Below, piece after piece: positions 45,390 to 57,066 of a stretch of DNA of 64,000 nt. Within the stretch, counting starts at the first letter, position 1. Every line of letters begins with the position of its first letter. The position numbers were made by a program, and so were the translations under genes. A model generated the notes under the pieces. It searched no databases, was not told the origin of the DNA, and saw only the letters and a program-made list of their open reading frames with translations. Source of the DNA: an uncultured Actinomycetota bacterium (GTDB lineage Bacteria; Actinomycetota; Actinomycetes; Mycobacteriales; Mycobacteriaceae); contig CAWDSB010000008.1 in NCBI GenBank assembly GCA_963804905.1, positions 192,053 through 256,052 of the forward strand. The letters run 5' to 3'.

Positions 45390-45865
45390 GGTGCGATGAG
45401 CAGTTCGGCCGACATCACCACCGGCAGGTTCAGTGGCAGTGCGGCCACTCCGATCGCCGTGCGCGCATGCCGTCCGTGCACGCCGAACACCTCGATCAGC
45501 AGGTCTGAGACCGGATTGAGAACCGCGGTCGTCTGCGGGTAACCGGGGTCCGCATTGACGAAGCCGCTCACCATCACCCAGTCGCGGATGCGGTCGAGTG
45601 ATCCCAGCGTGCTGCGTAGCGCGCCCAACATGGCAAGCAAAGCCGCACGGGCCGATTGTTGAGCCTGCTCCAGCGACACTTCACTCGGCACCCGTCCGAA
45701 CGGCCCCGCTGGGGCACCGTCGGCCCGGAGAGGGCCATGGCCGCTGAGCACGCACCGATCCCCGACGACCCGCGCCCAGTCGAACGGAATCCGAACACCG
45801 CTGGGCAGCAATGGTTCCGGTGGCAACTGCAGCCCTATCTCGGCAACCCGCTGCTCGAAGGTCAT
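45386..45865 (-). CDS. RidA/YjgF-family protein
   Basis: Start at [12 protein letters not shown]. Confidence 0.7.
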   Translation of the reverse strand: MTFEQRVAEIGLQLPPEPLLPSGVRIPFDWARVVGDRCVLSGHGPLRADGAPAGPFGRVPSEVSLEQAQQSARAALLAMLGALRSTLGSLDRIRDWVMVSGFVNADPGYPQTTAVLNPVSDLLIEVFGVHGRHARTAIGVAALPLNLPVVMSAELLIAP

Positions 45866-47097
45866 GCGCCCAGTTCGACGATCAGATGGCGGATGCCGGT
45901 GTGCCTGTTGCTCCGCGTCCACTCCACCGGCTTGACCACCCGGGCCGACGAGAACCTGCCGAGCAGTTCCTCGAACAGCACCCGCAGCTCCAGCCGGGCA
46001 AGGTTAGCCCCAAGGCAATAGTGAATGCCCTGTCCGAAACCCAAGTGCGGGTTGGGCTTCCGGGCGACATCGAAGCGATCGGCATTGTCGAACGCAGCGG
46101 CATCGCGATTGGCCGAACCCTCCCAGATCTGCACTTTCTGTCCGGCCTTGATTGCGCATCCGCCCAACTCGACATCACGGGTCGCCGTGCGCCGCTTCGA
46201 CGGCGACGGCGACGTCCAGCGCACCATCTCCTCGACGGTGGTCGACAGCAGCGACAAGTCGGCACGCAACAGCGCGAGCTGATCGGGATGGTCGGCGAGC
46301 GCGAGCAGCCCACCCGCAACCGCATTGCGCGTTGTCTCCGCACCCGCGCTGAACAGCAAGCTGAAGAACAGATACAGCTCCATTTCCGAAAGGGGGGACG
46401 GGGCCAGTCCGTCCTCATTGAGAGTCGCGTTCGCGAGGACTGACAGCATGTCGTCGGTCGGCTCGGACCGCTTTGCGGAGATAAGCTCCTGCCCGTAGGC
46501 GTACATCCGCGTTCCGGCCTCCTCGGCCGACAACTGCCCCACCGCCGCCTTGCGGGAGCCGCCGAAGTCGAACTGCGGCTCGATGGCCTCGAACAGCCAA
46601 TGCCGTTCGGAATCAGGCACTCCCAGCAGAATGCAGATCATCTGCATCGGCAGCTCGGCGGCCACGTCGACCACGAAGTCGATCGGCTCGCCGGGCTCGA
46701 CCGCATCCAGCAGCCGGCTGGCGCGGGCACGCAGATCGTCCTCGACACGGCGGATCATCCGCGGTGTCAGCCCGGAGCTCACCAGTCGCCGAATCTGCGA
46801 ATGCCGCGGGTCGTCCATCATGTTGAGCACCTGGCCCGCGATCGCCAGGTCCTGCAGCAGCGTTCCACCGTACGGGCGCTCACCGCCGGTCACCGACGAA
46901 TATGTCTCCGGATCACGAAGCACCGCAAGAGTTTCGGCATGGGTGGCGACCGACCAGAAGCCCTCGCCGTCGGGAGTGTTGTCGGTGGGCTCATGCCAGT
47001 ACACCGGCGCCTCGCGGCGGTGCACCTCGAACAGGTCGTGCGGAAAACCGTTGGCGAAGTTGTCCAGATCGGTGAAGTCGATTTTCGCCAGCGTCAC
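45862..47097 (-). CDS. Cytochrome P450 (cyp126-like, adjacent to purB)
   Basis: ExxR and heme loop [10 protein letters not shown]. 411 aa. Confidence 0.85.
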   Translation of the reverse strand: MTLAKIDFTDLDNFANGFPHDLFEVHRREAPVYWHEPTDNTPDGEGFWSVATHAETLAVLRDPETYSSVTGGERPYGGTLLQDLAIAGQVLNMMDDPRHSQIRRLVSSGLTPRMIRRVEDDLRARASRLLDAVEPGEPIDFVVDVAAELPMQMICILLGVPDSERHWLFEAIEPQFDFGGSRKAAVGQLSAEEAGTRMYAYGQELISAKRSEPTDDMLSVLANATLNEDGLAPSPLSEMELYLFFSLLFSAGAETTRNAVAGGLLALADHPDQLALLRADLSLLSTTVEEMVRWTSPSPSKRRTATRDVELGGCAIKAGQKVQIWEGSANRDAAAFDNADRFDVARKPNPHLGFGQGIHYCLGANLARLELRVLFEELLGRFSSARVVKPVEWTRSNRHTGIRHLIVELGA

Positions 47098-48512
47098 AGG
47101 ATCGCACCCGAGGTGTACTTCGCCGCCTCGGGATAGCGGCTGACCAGTTCGTCGACCGCGGCGACGACAGCGTCGATTTGACTGCCCGCCGCACCGGTGA
47201 AAGCTTGCCTGTCCGCCAGCGCCGCATCCAGCGCGGGCCGGTCCAGCGGCAGCCGCCGGTCAGCGGCCAGCCGGTCCAGCAGGTTGGGCTCGGCGCCCTT
47301 CTCCCGCATCGCCAGCGCGACCGCGACGGCGTTCTCCTTGATGACTTCGTGCGCCGTCTCGCGCCCCATCCCTGCGCGCACCGCCGCGATCAGGATCCGC
47401 GTGGTCGCCAGGAACGGCAGATAGCGGTCGAGCTCACGCTGAATCACCGCCGGATACGCCCCGAACTCGTCGAGCACCGTCAAGAAAGTCTCGGTCTGCC
47501 CGTCGATCGCGAAGAACGCGTCCGGCAGCGCCACCCGACGCACCACCGAGCAGAACACGTCGCCCTCGTTCCATTGCGCCCCTGCGAGTTCGGCCGCCAT
47601 CGACGCGTAGCCGCGCAAGACCACCTGCAACCCGTTGACGCGCTCACATGACCGCGTGTTCATCTTGTGCGGCATCGCCGACGACCCGACCTGGCCGGGC
47701 GCGAACCCCTCGGTCACCAGCTCGTGACCCGCCATCAGCCGGATGGTGTGCGCCAGCGATGACGGCCCGGCGCCAACCTGCACCAGCGCCGAAACGACCT
47801 CATGGTCAAGCGAACGCGGGTAGACCTGCCCGACACTGGTCAGAACCTCCGTGAAGCCCAGGAATTCGGCTACTCGGCGCTCGAGTTCGGCCAGCCGCGC
47901 GGTGTCACCGTCGAACAGGTCGAGCATGTCCTGCGCGGTGCCCATCGGGCCCTTGATCCCGCGCAGCGGATACCGGTCGATCAGCTCGCGCAACCGCGTC
48001 AGAGCGATCAGCAGCTCCTCGGCGGCCGACGCGAACCGCTTGCCCAACGTGGTCGCCTGCGCGGCGACGTTGTGACTGCGGCCCGCCATCACCAGGTCTC
48101 GGTAGCTCATCGCACGCTCGGCCAGCCGCGCCACCACCGCAACGCCATGCGTGAAAACGAGTTCCAGGGAATAGCGAATCTGCAGCTGCTCAACGTTTTC
48201 CGTCAGGTCCCGACTCGTCATGCCCTTGTGCACATGCTCGTGACCGGCCAGCGCGTTGAACTCCTCGATGCGGGCCTTGACGTCATGCCGCAGCACCCGC
48301 TCGCGCTCGGCAATCGAGGAAAGATCGACATCGTCGATCACCCGCTGGTAGTCCTCCACCACGCCGGAAGGAACACCGACACCCAAATCGGCCTGCGCGC
48401 GCAGCACCGCCAGCCACAGCCGGCGCTCGGCGACGATCTTTGCCTCCGGCGACCAAATCGCCACCATCTCGTCGCCGGCATACCTGCTGGCCAGCACGTT
48501 GGGAATCGTCAC
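47094..48512 (-). CDS. purB: Adenylosuccinate lyase
   Basis: Start at GTG ([25 protein letters not shown]…) gives 472 aa. The 169-codon upstream extension in the track is antisense to the DUF429 gene and was discarded. Confidence 0.9.
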   Translation of the reverse strand: MTIPNVLASRYAGDEMVAIWSPEAKIVAERRLWLAVLRAQADLGVGVPSGVVEDYQRVIDDVDLSSIAERERVLRHDVKARIEEFNALAGHEHVHKGMTSRDLTENVEQLQIRYSLELVFTHGVAVVARLAERAMSYRDLVMAGRSHNVAAQATTLGKRFASAAEELLIALTRLRELIDRYPLRGIKGPMGTAQDMLDLFDGDTARLAELERRVAEFLGFTEVLTSVGQVYPRSLDHEVVSALVQVGAGPSSLAHTIRLMAGHELVTEGFAPGQVGSSAMPHKMNTRSCERVNGLQVVLRGYASMAAELAGAQWNEGDVFCSVVRRVALPDAFFAIDGQTETFLTVLDEFGAYPAVIQRELDRYLPFLATTRILIAAVRAGMGRETAHEVIKENAVAVALAMREKGAEPNLLDRLAADRRLPLDRPALDAALADRQAFTGAAGSQIDAVVAAVDELVSRYPEAAKYTSGAIL

Positions 48513-48552
48513 AACCTCACAGCTTACGGCTCGAATGGGGCAGGGTAGCTGC

Positions 48553-49410
48553 ATGTACTTCGTTGGACTGGACCTGGCGTGGGGCGAGAAAAACCAGACC
48601 GGTGTCGCGGCGATCGACTCGGACGGCCGCCTACACCATGTCGGTACCGCACAGGATGACACCAGCATCATCGACGCCATCGCGCCGTTCACCAGCGATG
48701 ACTGCCTGATCGCCATCGACGCGCCGCTGATTGTGAACAACCCGACTGGCTTCCGGCCGTGCGAGACCGCACTGAACCGGGACTTCCACGCATTCGAGGC
48801 CGGCGCGCGCCCGGCATTCACCGACAAGCCGGAATTCAAGGAGCCGCGCGGTGCCCGATTGGTAAAGGCGCTCGGTCTCGACATCAACCCTGCCTCGACC
48901 GCGAGTCGGCGGGCCATCGAGGTGTTCCCGCACCCGGCCACCATCGTTTTGTTCGAGCTGCAGAAGAGTCTCAAGTACAAGAGAGGTGATTTCGGCGACC
49001 GCCAGCGCGACCTGCTCAAGTTGATGACGCTGATCGAGGGACTCGACGACGCAACACCACGGCTTCGAGCGAATCGCAGTGCGGCGTGGGTGGAATTGCG
49101 AAAGCGGGTGGAGGTCGCGAGCCGGCCCGTACATCTCGACCGGGACGAGGATCCCGTCGACGCGGTCCTGTGCGCCTATGTCGCGTTGTACTGGTACCAG
49201 AGACCAGACGACGTGACCATCTACGGTGATTTCGAGACGGGCTACATCGTCACGCCGAGCCTTCCACCCGACGTGTCGGCCACACCCCGCCGCCGTGTGG
49301 TGCCGCCGCCCACCGACGAACTCCACGAACGACTCACCCGCTTGACGGTGTTGCTCGAGGAGGCGCAGATCGAGTTGAGAACGATCCGCGAACGGCTCTA
49401 CCGATTGTGA
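48553..49410 (+). CDS. DUF429-family protein (predicted RNase H-like nuclease fold)
   Basis: Start at MYFVGLDLAWGEKNQTG. Divergent from purB. Confidence 0.55.
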   Translation: MYFVGLDLAWGEKNQTGVAAIDSDGRLHHVGTAQDDTSIIDAIAPFTSDDCLIAIDAPLIVNNPTGFRPCETALNRDFHAFEAGARPAFTDKPEFKEPRGARLVKALGLDINPASTASRRAIEVFPHPATIVLFELQKSLKYKRGDFGDRQRDLLKLMTLIEGLDDATPRLRANRSAAWVELRKRVEVASRPVHLDRDEDPVDAVLCAYVALYWYQRPDDVTIYGDFETGYIVTPSLPPDVSATPRRRVVPPPTDELHERLTRLTVLLEEAQIELRTIRERLYRL

Positions 49411-49558
49411 GGTAGCCGGGCACGACGGCGAACACCGCAAGCAGCAGAAGGGATGTCGTCCCGGCCAGAACACTGATCGCTTTTTCGTTGGCGAAGGCCG
49501 TCACGTAGATGATCAGCCCGAAGGCGATGGCGGTGGTGAATGCAAGCCGCACCCGCAA
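49334..49558 (-). CDS. Possible small two-TM membrane protein
   Basis: 74-aa ORF with two hydrophobic helices. Overlaps the DUF429 3' end. Confidence 0.2.
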   Translation of the reverse strand: MRVRLAFTTAIAFGLIIYVTAFANEKAISVLAGTTSLLLLAVFAVVPGYLTIGRAVRGSFSTRSAPPRATPSSG

Positions 49559-49591
49559 TGGCGCGAACAGGAGCCGGTCCCGAAAGGAGGG

Positions 49592-50242
49592 TCAGCCAGG
49601 TGCTGCGGTCAGCAGCGGCGCGCTGATCGGCGCCGTGATCGGCGCCAGCACATCGATGACGTCGATCAACGTCGCGCGGGCGACACTGCGCGGACCGTCG
49701 CCGTCATCGACGAGCGACGCCACCACCGCACCGTCGACGGCACAGACCAGCGCGGCGACCAGCTCGGCGCGCACCGACCGGCCCGACCGCTCGACGACCC
49801 GGACCACCGCGTCGGTTCGCTGCTGCAGAATCCGCCGCTGCACCTCACGCAGAGCCGGTTGCCGTGCGCACGCGATGTAGCGCTCATACCGTGAAATCAA
49901 TTGCTCGGTGGCCTGCGTACGAGGATCGTCACCGACGAGTAGATCCACCAACACGTCGACTGTCGATTCGGCGCCGCGCCGCCGCCGCGACAGCGCAGCC
50001 ACCCTCTCGCGCATCTGCTGCGCTTCGAGCGCGCCGACATGCTCGACGGCCTTGACGATCAGATCGTCGAGGGAGGAAAAGTAGTAGGTCGTGGCGGCCA
50101 GTGGCAGACCGGCGCGGCGCGCAACGGCGCGATGACGGACTGCGTCGAACCCGCCTTCGCACAGCAGCTCGGCAGCCGCGCTGACGAGCGCATACTGCCT
50201 CCGCACTCCCTTGGGAGTCACTGCTGCGGTCACGCCTAGCAT
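49592..50242 (-). CDS. TetR-family transcriptional regulator
   Basis: HTH (AVARRAGLPLAATTYYFSSLDDL). Confidence 0.75.
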   Translation of the reverse strand: MLGVTAAVTPKGVRRQYALVSAAAELLCEGGFDAVRHRAVARRAGLPLAATTYYFSSLDDLIVKAVEHVGALEAQQMRERVAALSRRRRGAESTVDVLVDLLVGDDPRTQATEQLISRYERYIACARQPALREVQRRILQQRTDAVVRVVERSGRSVRAELVAALVCAVDGAVVASLVDDGDGPRSVARATLIDVIDVLAPITAPISAPLLTAAPG

Positions 50243-50371
50243 GCTGCCAGCAGTCCAAGGTCAAGATGGCTCTTTCGGCCAAAGCTAAGCCTTTACTCAG
50301 GAAGTCGGAACGCCAATCGATTTGGATGCATTGCCCAAACGCCGCCCGACGGTCAGCCAACCGCCAATGGC

Positions 50372-51289
50372 ATGATGGCGCGCATGCCAGAACTGAGCCG
50401 TCGGGCGATGATGCGTCTCGGTGTCAGCGCGGCCGCAGGCGCCGTCGGCGCCTTCGCACTGGGCACAATGCGTGAACCGGGTCCATCGACAGCTGGCCCG
50501 CCGGTGGCGATGACGAGCGCAGGCGCCCCACTCGCACCGTTGGCCCCGCCCGCGCCATTGGAGCCCGCACCGACGGCGGCGCCGACTTTCGTCAGTGGCT
50601 CGTTCGTGTCTACGGCCCGCGGCGGCGTCGACACCAATTGGTCGATCGCGCGACCGCCCGGCCAGACCGGCTCGCTGCGGCCCGTCATCGCCCTGCATGG
50701 CAAGGGCGCCGACGCGGCCCAGGTGATGGCGGGCGGTGTGGAGCAGGGTTTGGCTCAGGCGGTCGCCGCCGGCCTTCCGCCGTTCGCGGTGGTCGCGGTC
50801 GACGGCGGTGGGAGCTATTGGCACAAGCGCGCGTCCGGTGAGGATTCCGGCGCGATGGTCCTGGACGAACTGATTCCGATTCTCGGCTCGCAGGGTCTGG
50901 ACACCTCGCGGGTAGCCTTCCTCGGCTGGTCGATGGGCGGCTATGGCGCGTTGCTGCTGGGCGCCCGGCTCGGCCCGGCGCGCACCGCCGCGATCTGTGC
51001 GGTCAGCCCGGCGTTGTGGACGTCGTCGGGTTCGACCGCGCCAGGCGCGTTCGACGGTGCAGACGACTACGCGGCCAACAGCGTGTGGGGTCTATCGGCT
51101 CTCGGGTCGATACCGATCCGGATCGACTGCGGCAACAGCGATCCCTTCTACTCGGCGACCCAGCAGTTCATCGCGCAGCTTCCGAATCGGCCCGCGGGCG
51201 GCTTCTCCCCCGGGGGGCACGACGGCGGCTTCTGGAGTTCGCAGTTGCCCGCCGAACTGGAGTGGATCGCGCCGCTGTTGACGGCCTAG
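50372..51289 (+). CDS. Tat-secreted esterase (esterase D/Ag85-like fold, Rv0774c-like)
   Basis: Twin-arginine signal (SRRAMMRLGVSAAAGAVGA), nucleophile elbow GWSMGG. Confidence 0.7.
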   Translation: MMARMPELSRRAMMRLGVSAAAGAVGAFALGTMREPGPSTAGPPVAMTSAGAPLAPLAPPAPLEPAPTAAPTFVSGSFVSTARGGVDTNWSIARPPGQTGSLRPVIALHGKGADAAQVMAGGVEQGLAQAVAAGLPPFAVVAVDGGGSYWHKRASGEDSGAMVLDELIPILGSQGLDTSRVAFLGWSMGGYGALLLGARLGPARTAAICAVSPALWTSSGSTAPGAFDGADDYAANSVWGLSALGSIPIRIDCGNSDPFYSATQQFIAQLPNRPAGGFSPGGHDGGFWSSQLPAELEWIAPLLTA

Positions 51290-51294
51290 CCGGC

Positions 51295-52563
51295 CTAGAC
51301 CGTGATCTGGCCCTCGGCCGCAGCCAGCCCGATATCGGTACGAAAATGGCTGCCCGGCAACCGAATCGACTTGATCAGGTGGTAGGCGTCCTCGCGGGCC
51401 GATGACAGGTCGGGCCCCATCCCGACCACCGAAAGCACCCGCCCTCCCGAGGAGACGATGGCGCCGTCATCGCGTCGCGTGGTGCCCGCGTGCAGCACAC
51501 CGTCAGCTTCTGCGCCGACAATGACGTCGCCGACTCTCGGCCGTCCCGGATAGTTCTCGGCTGCCAGCACGACTGTCACGGCGGCACCGTCGCGCCAGCG
51601 CGGCGGTGGCTGGTCGGCGAGTCGACCGGTGGCCGCGGCGTGCAGCAGTTGGCCAAGTGGTGATTCGATGAGGGCCAGCACCGACTGCGTCTCCGGATCA
51701 CCGAACCGGCAGTTGAATTCGACCACCGCCGGGCCCTGCGACGTGACAGCCAACCCCGCGTACAGCAGGCCCTGGAACGAGCTGTCACGGCGAACAAGCT
51801 CTGCGGCAACGGGTTTGACGATATCATTGACGATCTGGTCGGTCACTTCGTCGGGCAGCCACGGCACCGGTGCGTAGGCGCCCATCCCGCCGGTATTGGG
51901 TCCACTGTCGCCGTCGCCGACCCTCTTGAAGTCCTGTGCGGGCAGCAGCGGCACCACGGTCACCCCGTCGACCACGCAGAACAGCGATACCTCCGGCCCG
52001 TCGAGGAACGACTCGAGCAGCACAGGATGCCCCGCGTCGAGCAGGCTCGCCGCATGCGCCCGCGCGGTGTCCCGGTCGGCCGTCACCACTACGCCCTTGC
52101 CCGCGGCCAGACCGTCGTCCTTGACCACCCATGCCACGTCGCCACCGCCCGGCCCGAACCGGTCCAACGCCGCGTCGAGGCGAGCCGGGTTGTCGACGAT
52201 CTCGCTCGTAGCGGTGCGAACCCCCGCCGCGGTCATCACGTCCTTGGCGAACGACTTCGATCCTTCGATGCGGGAGGCCTCCTTGGTCGGCCCGAAGCAG
52301 GCGATCCCGGCGGCACGCACCGCGTCGGCCACTCCGAGCACCAGGGGTACCTCCGGGCCGATCACAACAAGCTCCGCGCCGATCTTCTGGGCCAACGCCA
52401 CAACCGCGTCGCCGGCGGTGATGTCGACCTCGTGTTGATCTGCGATCGCCGCGGTGCCTGCGTTGCCGGGCGCGATCGCCAGGCTCTTCACCTCTGGGTC
52501 GTTGCGCAGAGCCAGCAGCAGCGCATGTTCACGGGCTCCGGATCCGATCACGAGCACTCGCAC
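51295..52563 (-). CDS. purD: Phosphoribosylamine--glycine ligase
   Basis: Start at GTG ([15 protein letters not shown]) gives 422 aa. ATP-grasp. Confidence 0.9.
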   Translation of the reverse strand: MRVLVIGSGAREHALLLALRNDPEVKSLAIAPGNAGTAAIADQHEVDITAGDAVVALAQKIGAELVVIGPEVPLVLGVADAVRAAGIACFGPTKEASRIEGSKSFAKDVMTAAGVRTATSEIVDNPARLDAALDRFGPGGGDVAWVVKDDGLAAGKGVVVTADRDTARAHAASLLDAGHPVLLESFLDGPEVSLFCVVDGVTVVPLLPAQDFKRVGDGDSGPNTGGMGAYAPVPWLPDEVTDQIVNDIVKPVAAELVRRDSSFQGLLYAGLAVTSQGPAVVEFNCRFGDPETQSVLALIESPLGQLLHAAATGRLADQPPPRWRDGAAVTVVLAAENYPGRPRVGDVIVGAEADGVLHAGTTRRDDGAIVSSGGRVLSVVGMGPDLSSAREDAYHLIKSIRLPGSHFRTDIGLAAAEGQITV

Positions 52564-52639
52564 GGTTGCCAACCCTAATCGCACCTCGGCTCGACGGTCA
52601 GCCATGTCCATTTAGTTAGGCCATACACTTGACACCGCA

Positions 52640-53884
52640 ATGTATGGTCTAAAGATGGCGACGACGCAGACCTGTCCATTCGGCGACGGATTCGACTTCA
52701 CCGACCCCGATGTTCTCGAACACGGCATACCGGTTGCCCAGTTCGCCGAACTGCGCAAGACCGCTCCTGTGTGGTGGAACGAGCAGCCGGAGTCGATCTT
52801 CAACGACGGCGGTTACTGGGTGATCAGCCGCCACGAAGACATCAAGGCCATCTCCCGCGACGGCGACCTGTGGTCGACGAATCGCAAGGGCGTCGTGATG
52901 CGCATGCCCGACGGCACCACGCCCGATCAACTCGAGCTGACCAAGGCGCTGTTGATCAATCACGACGCGCCGGCTCACACCCGGTTGCGAAAGCTGGTGT
53001 CGCGGTTGTTCACGCCGAGGGCGGTGGCCACGCTCGAAGAGAAGCTCGCAATCGCGGCGCGTGAGATCGTCGCCGCCGCACGGCAGAAGGAGAGCGGGAA
53101 CTTCGTCGACGACATCGCGATGAGCCTGCCGCTGCTGGCGATCGCGGACCTGCTCGGTGTGCCCGAGGCGGACCGGGAAAAGCTGTTCCACTGGACGAAC
53201 TCGATCATGAACACCGACGATCCCGACTTCCAGACGGACTACGCGGCCGCGAACGCCGAGCTGATGGGCTACGCCTACAGCATGGCCGAGGAGCGCCGCC
53301 GTTGCCCGGCCGACGACATCGTCACCCGGCTGATCGAGGCAGACCTGGACGGGGAATCGCTCGACGATGTCGAGTTCGCGTTCTTCGTGATCCTGCTCGC
53401 GGTCGCGGGCAACGAGACAACCCGCAACGCGATGACGCACGGCATGAACGCGTTCTTCGAGAACCCGGAGCAATGGGAGCTTTTCAAGCGCGAGCGACCC
53501 GACACCGCCGCCGACGAGATCGTGCGTTGGGCGACGCCGGTGCACTGCTTCCAGCGCACCGCGTTAGCCGACACCGAACTCGGCGGCGTGACCATTCGCG
53601 AGGGACAGCGCGTCGGCTTGTTCTACAGCTCCGCGAACTATGACGACGCCGTCTTCGACCGGCCCTTCGAGTTCAACATCCTGCGGGACCCCAACCCGCA
53701 TCTCGGATTCGGTGGCAACGGCGCGCACTTCTGCATCGGCGCCAACCTGGCCCGGATGGAGATCAAGCTCATCTTCAACGAGATCGCCGACCAGATCCCG
53801 AACATCTCGAAAACCGCGGAGCCGCAACGGCTTCGGTCGGGGTGGCTCAACGGCGTCAAGCGGCTCGCGGTCTCCTACCAGTAA
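52640..53884 (+). CDS. Cytochrome P450
   Basis: Heme loop FGGNGAHFCIGANLAR, ETTRN I-helix region. Alternative start at 52655 (MATTQ). Confidence 0.85.
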   Translation: MYGLKMATTQTCPFGDGFDFTDPDVLEHGIPVAQFAELRKTAPVWWNEQPESIFNDGGYWVISRHEDIKAISRDGDLWSTNRKGVVMRMPDGTTPDQLELTKALLINHDAPAHTRLRKLVSRLFTPRAVATLEEKLAIAAREIVAAARQKESGNFVDDIAMSLPLLAIADLLGVPEADREKLFHWTNSIMNTDDPDFQTDYAAANAELMGYAYSMAEERRRCPADDIVTRLIEADLDGESLDDVEFAFFVILLAVAGNETTRNAMTHGMNAFFENPEQWELFKRERPDTAADEIVRWATPVHCFQRTALADTELGGVTIREGQRVGLFYSSANYDDAVFDRPFEFNILRDPNPHLGFGGNGAHFCIGANLARMEIKLIFNEIADQIPNISKTAEPQRLRSGWLNGVKRLAVSYQ

Positions 53885-53909
53885 TAGTCGCCAAGTAAGA
53901 TCTGTCACC

Positions 53910-54551
53910 GTGCGCACCCACGGCTGGTCCGGCTCCGCGCCCGCCAGCGACGAAGAGGCCATCGCGCGGATCCTCGACGCGGCCGGCAAGGCCATCGACG
54001 CCCGCGGCGCGGACTTCTCCATCGCCGACGTGGCCCGCACGCTCGGCGTGACCCGGCAGACGGTGTACCGGTACTTTCCCAGCACCGAAGCCTTGCTCGT
54101 GGCGGGGGCGGTACACGCGGCCACCAACTTCCTCGACCGACTGGCCTCCCATCTGCAGGGCATCTCGGATCCGGTGGAAGCGGTCTCCGAGGCGATCGCC
54201 ACAGCACTCGAGTGGCTGCCGAAGGACAAGCACATTGGTCTGTTGATCGCTCCTGGCAGCGCCACCGCACACACCGAGTCGGTGACGTCGGACGTCGCGC
54301 TGCGATTCGCCAACTCCATGCTGCGGCGCTTCGACGTCGACTGGGCCGCACTCGGTTACACCGACGACGATCTCGACGAACTGGCAGAGCACCTGTTGCG
54401 GATCATCCAGTCATTCGTCATCGATCCCGGCCGGCCGCCGCGGCGTGGCGACGAACTGCGCAGCTACCTACGGCGGTGGGTGGGCGCGGCTATACGACCG
54501 TCAGAGGAAGCGACTTCCTCGGCTCGAACACGAACGTCGAGCCGCCGCTGA
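53910..54551 (+). CDS. TetR-family transcriptional regulator
   Basis: GTG start 25 nt after the P450 stop. HTH FSIADVARTLGVTRQTVYRYF. 3' end overlaps the convergent gene by about 60 nt. Confidence 0.6.
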   Translation: MRTHGWSGSAPASDEEAIARILDAAGKAIDARGADFSIADVARTLGVTRQTVYRYFPSTEALLVAGAVHAATNFLDRLASHLQGISDPVEAVSEAIATALEWLPKDKHIGLLIAPGSATAHTESVTSDVALRFANSMLRRFDVDWAALGYTDDDLDELAEHLLRIIQSFVIDPGRPPRRGDELRSYLRRWVGAAIRPSEEATSSARTRTSSRR

Positions 54552-55716
54552 TCCTGGTCAACGAGACCTCACGTAATTCCTTTGCGGCCGTGTCGGTCTC
54601 GATCACCTGTGCCGTCCAGTCGGTGTCCGTACCTGTCATCTCGACGTCAAGGTGTGGATCCACGGCGGCGACGATCGCCTGGAGCGGGCGTTTCTCGAAG
54701 GGACCCGCCAGCGACACCCATGCCCCGTCCTCATGCGCGGCTGACCTGCGCACCTTGACGGTGTCCGGTCCGAACTCGGCGGTCACGTATGCGGCAGGGT
54801 TGAACATCGGATGCAACTCGAGTGTACGAATCGCACCCTCGATCCCGCCCGGCAGCCCGAGTGCACGATGTATGCGCTCGGCAGCGATGCCCGCAATGCC
54901 GACCAGCTGTTTCGTGCAGATCTCCTTCGCAAGATCGGTGGTGGTGCCCGCACGCTTGCCCACGGCGATGACAAAGGAGAGGTTCAGCAGGTGCATCTGC
55001 AGACAGACCTCGCCGGCCATGCGCACGAGAGCAGAGTGCGAAAACGCACCGAAGTCGAGATCCGACACCAGTTCGCCCGAGTAGTCCGATTGGCCCTCGT
55101 CATCCGCGTCGATAGACTCGAGTTCAGTTGTCGCCGCATGGGTTCGGCGCACTACGTCGAGTGAGGGGTGGTCGGCGACCTCAGGATACGACTCGTCGAT
55201 GATCACGGTCCACGCGCAGTGCGGATGCCGGTCGGCCGGAGCGCGCGGCGGCCGGTGGATCGGCCGGATCTGTGCCTTGCGGTTGGTCGCGACGGCGGTG
55301 GCGTCGAAGGTTGGATCCTCGATGTCGTGGCACATGCCGCGGACGTAGTCCTCGCCCATCGGCTCGACGTCCAGCAGCGCGCCGCAATGGTCGAGATGGA
55401 ACTCCCCGTGCCACCGGTCATGTACGTCGTAGCGGAAGTCCATGAACTGCGGCGGGGCGCCGATGTCGAGCTGCAAACCCTTGAAGATCGTGATGACGTC
55501 GACGCCCTCATACTTGAGGGCCTTCTGCATCCGCCTGGTGTAGATGGGGCTTGCGGCCATCCACTCCTCGATCGCGATCTGCAGCATCTCCGGATGGCCG
55601 AAATGCTTGATGCACCAGGCCATTCCGGAGCGGTCGATCAATTGCCCGATCAGCAGCAGCTCCGGCACCAGGATGGCGAGCTGCTCACGCGAAAGGTCGG
55701 CGTACCTACTTGTCAT
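54490..55716 (-). CDS. Uncharacterised 408-aa protein, first gene of an oxidoreductase cluster
   Basis: Start at ATG 55716 (MTSRYADLSREQLAILVPELL) with an AGGAA RBS. No domain recognised by eye. The upstream 38 codons in the track overlap the CMD gene. Confidence 0.45.
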   Translation of the reverse strand: MTSRYADLSREQLAILVPELLLIGQLIDRSGMAWCIKHFGHPEMLQIAIEEWMAASPIYTRRMQKALKYEGVDVITIFKGLQLDIGAPPQFMDFRYDVHDRWHGEFHLDHCGALLDVEPMGEDYVRGMCHDIEDPTFDATAVATNRKAQIRPIHRPPRAPADRHPHCAWTVIIDESYPEVADHPSLDVVRRTHAATTELESIDADDEGQSDYSGELVSDLDFGAFSHSALVRMAGEVCLQMHLLNLSFVIAVGKRAGTTTDLAKEICTKQLVGIAGIAAERIHRALGLPGGIEGAIRTLELHPMFNPAAYVTAEFGPDTVKVRRSAAHEDGAWVSLAGPFEKRPLQAIVAAVDPHLDVEMTGTDTDWTAQVIETDTAAKELREVSLTRISGGSTFVFEPRKSLPLTVV

Positions 55717-56146
55717 GGATATTCCTGCCGACATGCATCTGGACCGCGTCGTTGACGTTGTCCTTGCTGTCTCTGGCTGTGCCCTTCTCTTCAGCCTTCT
55801 TGCGCTTGGCCACCACGCGTTTGAACGCACCGTCGACCTTGGAGCCCAGCGGGAAGCCGACGTAGTGGGTGAGGAAGATCGCGATCTCGCGCAGTTCCTC
55901 CCGCGTCATCTCCTGGTTGTGCAGGATCGCATTGCCCTGAACTTCCAGCAGTTCGTCCATGCCCTGGGCGGCCAGCACCCCGAGCAGCATCATCCTCCGG
56001 TCCCGCATCGACAACCCTGGGCGACTCCAGATGGTGCCGAAGAGGTGATCGACGGTCAGTGCGAAGTATTCGCCTGGCATGTCCGGCATTTCCCAGCCGT
56101 AGACCTCGTTCATCTTCTCGAGGCCCTTCTTACGCAGTTCGTCCAT
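55706..56146 (-). CDS. Carboxymuconolactone decarboxylase (AhpD-like) family protein
   Basis: Start at MDELRKKGLEK. CMD-family helical fold. Rv0771-like. Confidence 0.7.
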   Translation of the reverse strand: MDELRKKGLEKMNEVYGWEMPDMPGEYFALTVDHLFGTIWSRPGLSMRDRRMMLLGVLAAQGMDELLEVQGNAILHNQEMTREELREIAIFLTHYVGFPLGSKVDGAFKRVVAKRKKAEEKGTARDSKDNVNDAVQMHVGRNIHDK

Positions 56147-56175
56147 TGCTCTTTCTCCTCCTCGCGTGCGGAGAC

Positions 56176-57054
56176 TCAATCCTTTGTGGTCGATGCGCTG
56201 TGTGGCACGCCGAGGCCCGCCGCAAGGTTCCGCAATGCAACTTCGGCCAGCGGCAGGTCGACGCCCGTCGCCTCGCCGAGCGCCAGGGCCAGGCCGAGGT
56301 CCTTCTCCGCCAGCCCGCGAGTGTGGACGAACATGTCGTGCAGGAAGTGATCCGGCGTAAGCGGTTTCATATCGTCGCGGAACATGATCGCGCCGGGGCC
56401 TCCGCTGAGCGAGTCGCTGTGCCGCACGACCTTACCCAGATCCTGCAGGTTGATTCCGCTGGCCTCAGCGAGCTGCTGCGCCTCGCACGCGGCGGCGAAC
56501 CCGATGAATGTCAACATGTTGCGCGCCAGCTTCATCCGGGTGCCGGCGCCAGGCTCGCCTGCGTGCACGATCAGCGTCGCCCATTTCTCGAACACCGGCT
56601 TGACCTTCTGGAAGGCCTCGTCGTCGGCGCCGACCATGACCGCGAGTTCACCCTTCTTCGCCGCTCCTGCACCGCCACTGACGGGAGCATCGACGATGTG
56701 GATGCCCTCCGGCTCGAGCTGTCGAGCCAACTCGGCGGCGGTGGTGTCACCGATCGTGGAGTGGATCGCGATCACGGTGCCCGGCTTGGCAAAACGGGCC
56801 AACCCCTGTTCGCCGGCAATGACATCTCGGACCTGTTCGTCGTTGAGTACCGTCACGCTGATGACGTCGGCTGTCGCCACATCGGCGACGCTGTCGGCGA
56901 GAATGGCTCCTTTTTCGGCGAGCGGTGTCATGGCCTCGAGTCGGACGTCGAAAACCACGAGCCCACCGGGCCAGTCGACAAGGCGCTTGGCCATGGGCTT
57001 GCCCTGATTGCCCAGGCCGATATAGCCGAGCTTGACGTCTTTGTCACTCATCAA
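56176..57054 (-). CDS. 3-hydroxyisobutyrate dehydrogenase-like NAD(P)-dependent oxidoreductase
   Basis: GYIGLGNQG Rossmann motif, 6-PGDH-type NAD-binding domain. Rv0770-like. Confidence 0.8.
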   Translation of the reverse strand: MMSDKDVKLGYIGLGNQGKPMAKRLVDWPGGLVVFDVRLEAMTPLAEKGAILADSVADVATADVISVTVLNDEQVRDVIAGEQGLARFAKPGTVIAIHSTIGDTTAAELARQLEPEGIHIVDAPVSGGAGAAKKGELAVMVGADDEAFQKVKPVFEKWATLIVHAGEPGAGTRMKLARNMLTFIGFAAACEAQQLAEASGINLQDLGKVVRHSDSLSGGPGAIMFRDDMKPLTPDHFLHDMFVHTRGLAEKDLGLALALGEATGVDLPLAEVALRNLAAGLGVPHSASTTKD

Positions 57055-57066
57055 AAGCCAACTTCC

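Noticed and set aside
47094-49019. 641-aa version of purB, and the 528-aa version of cyp51 (61925..63511)
   Set aside because: N-terminal extensions are antisense or out of frame with neighbours and lack RBS. Internal starts give the expected 472-aa PurB and 450-aa CYP51.
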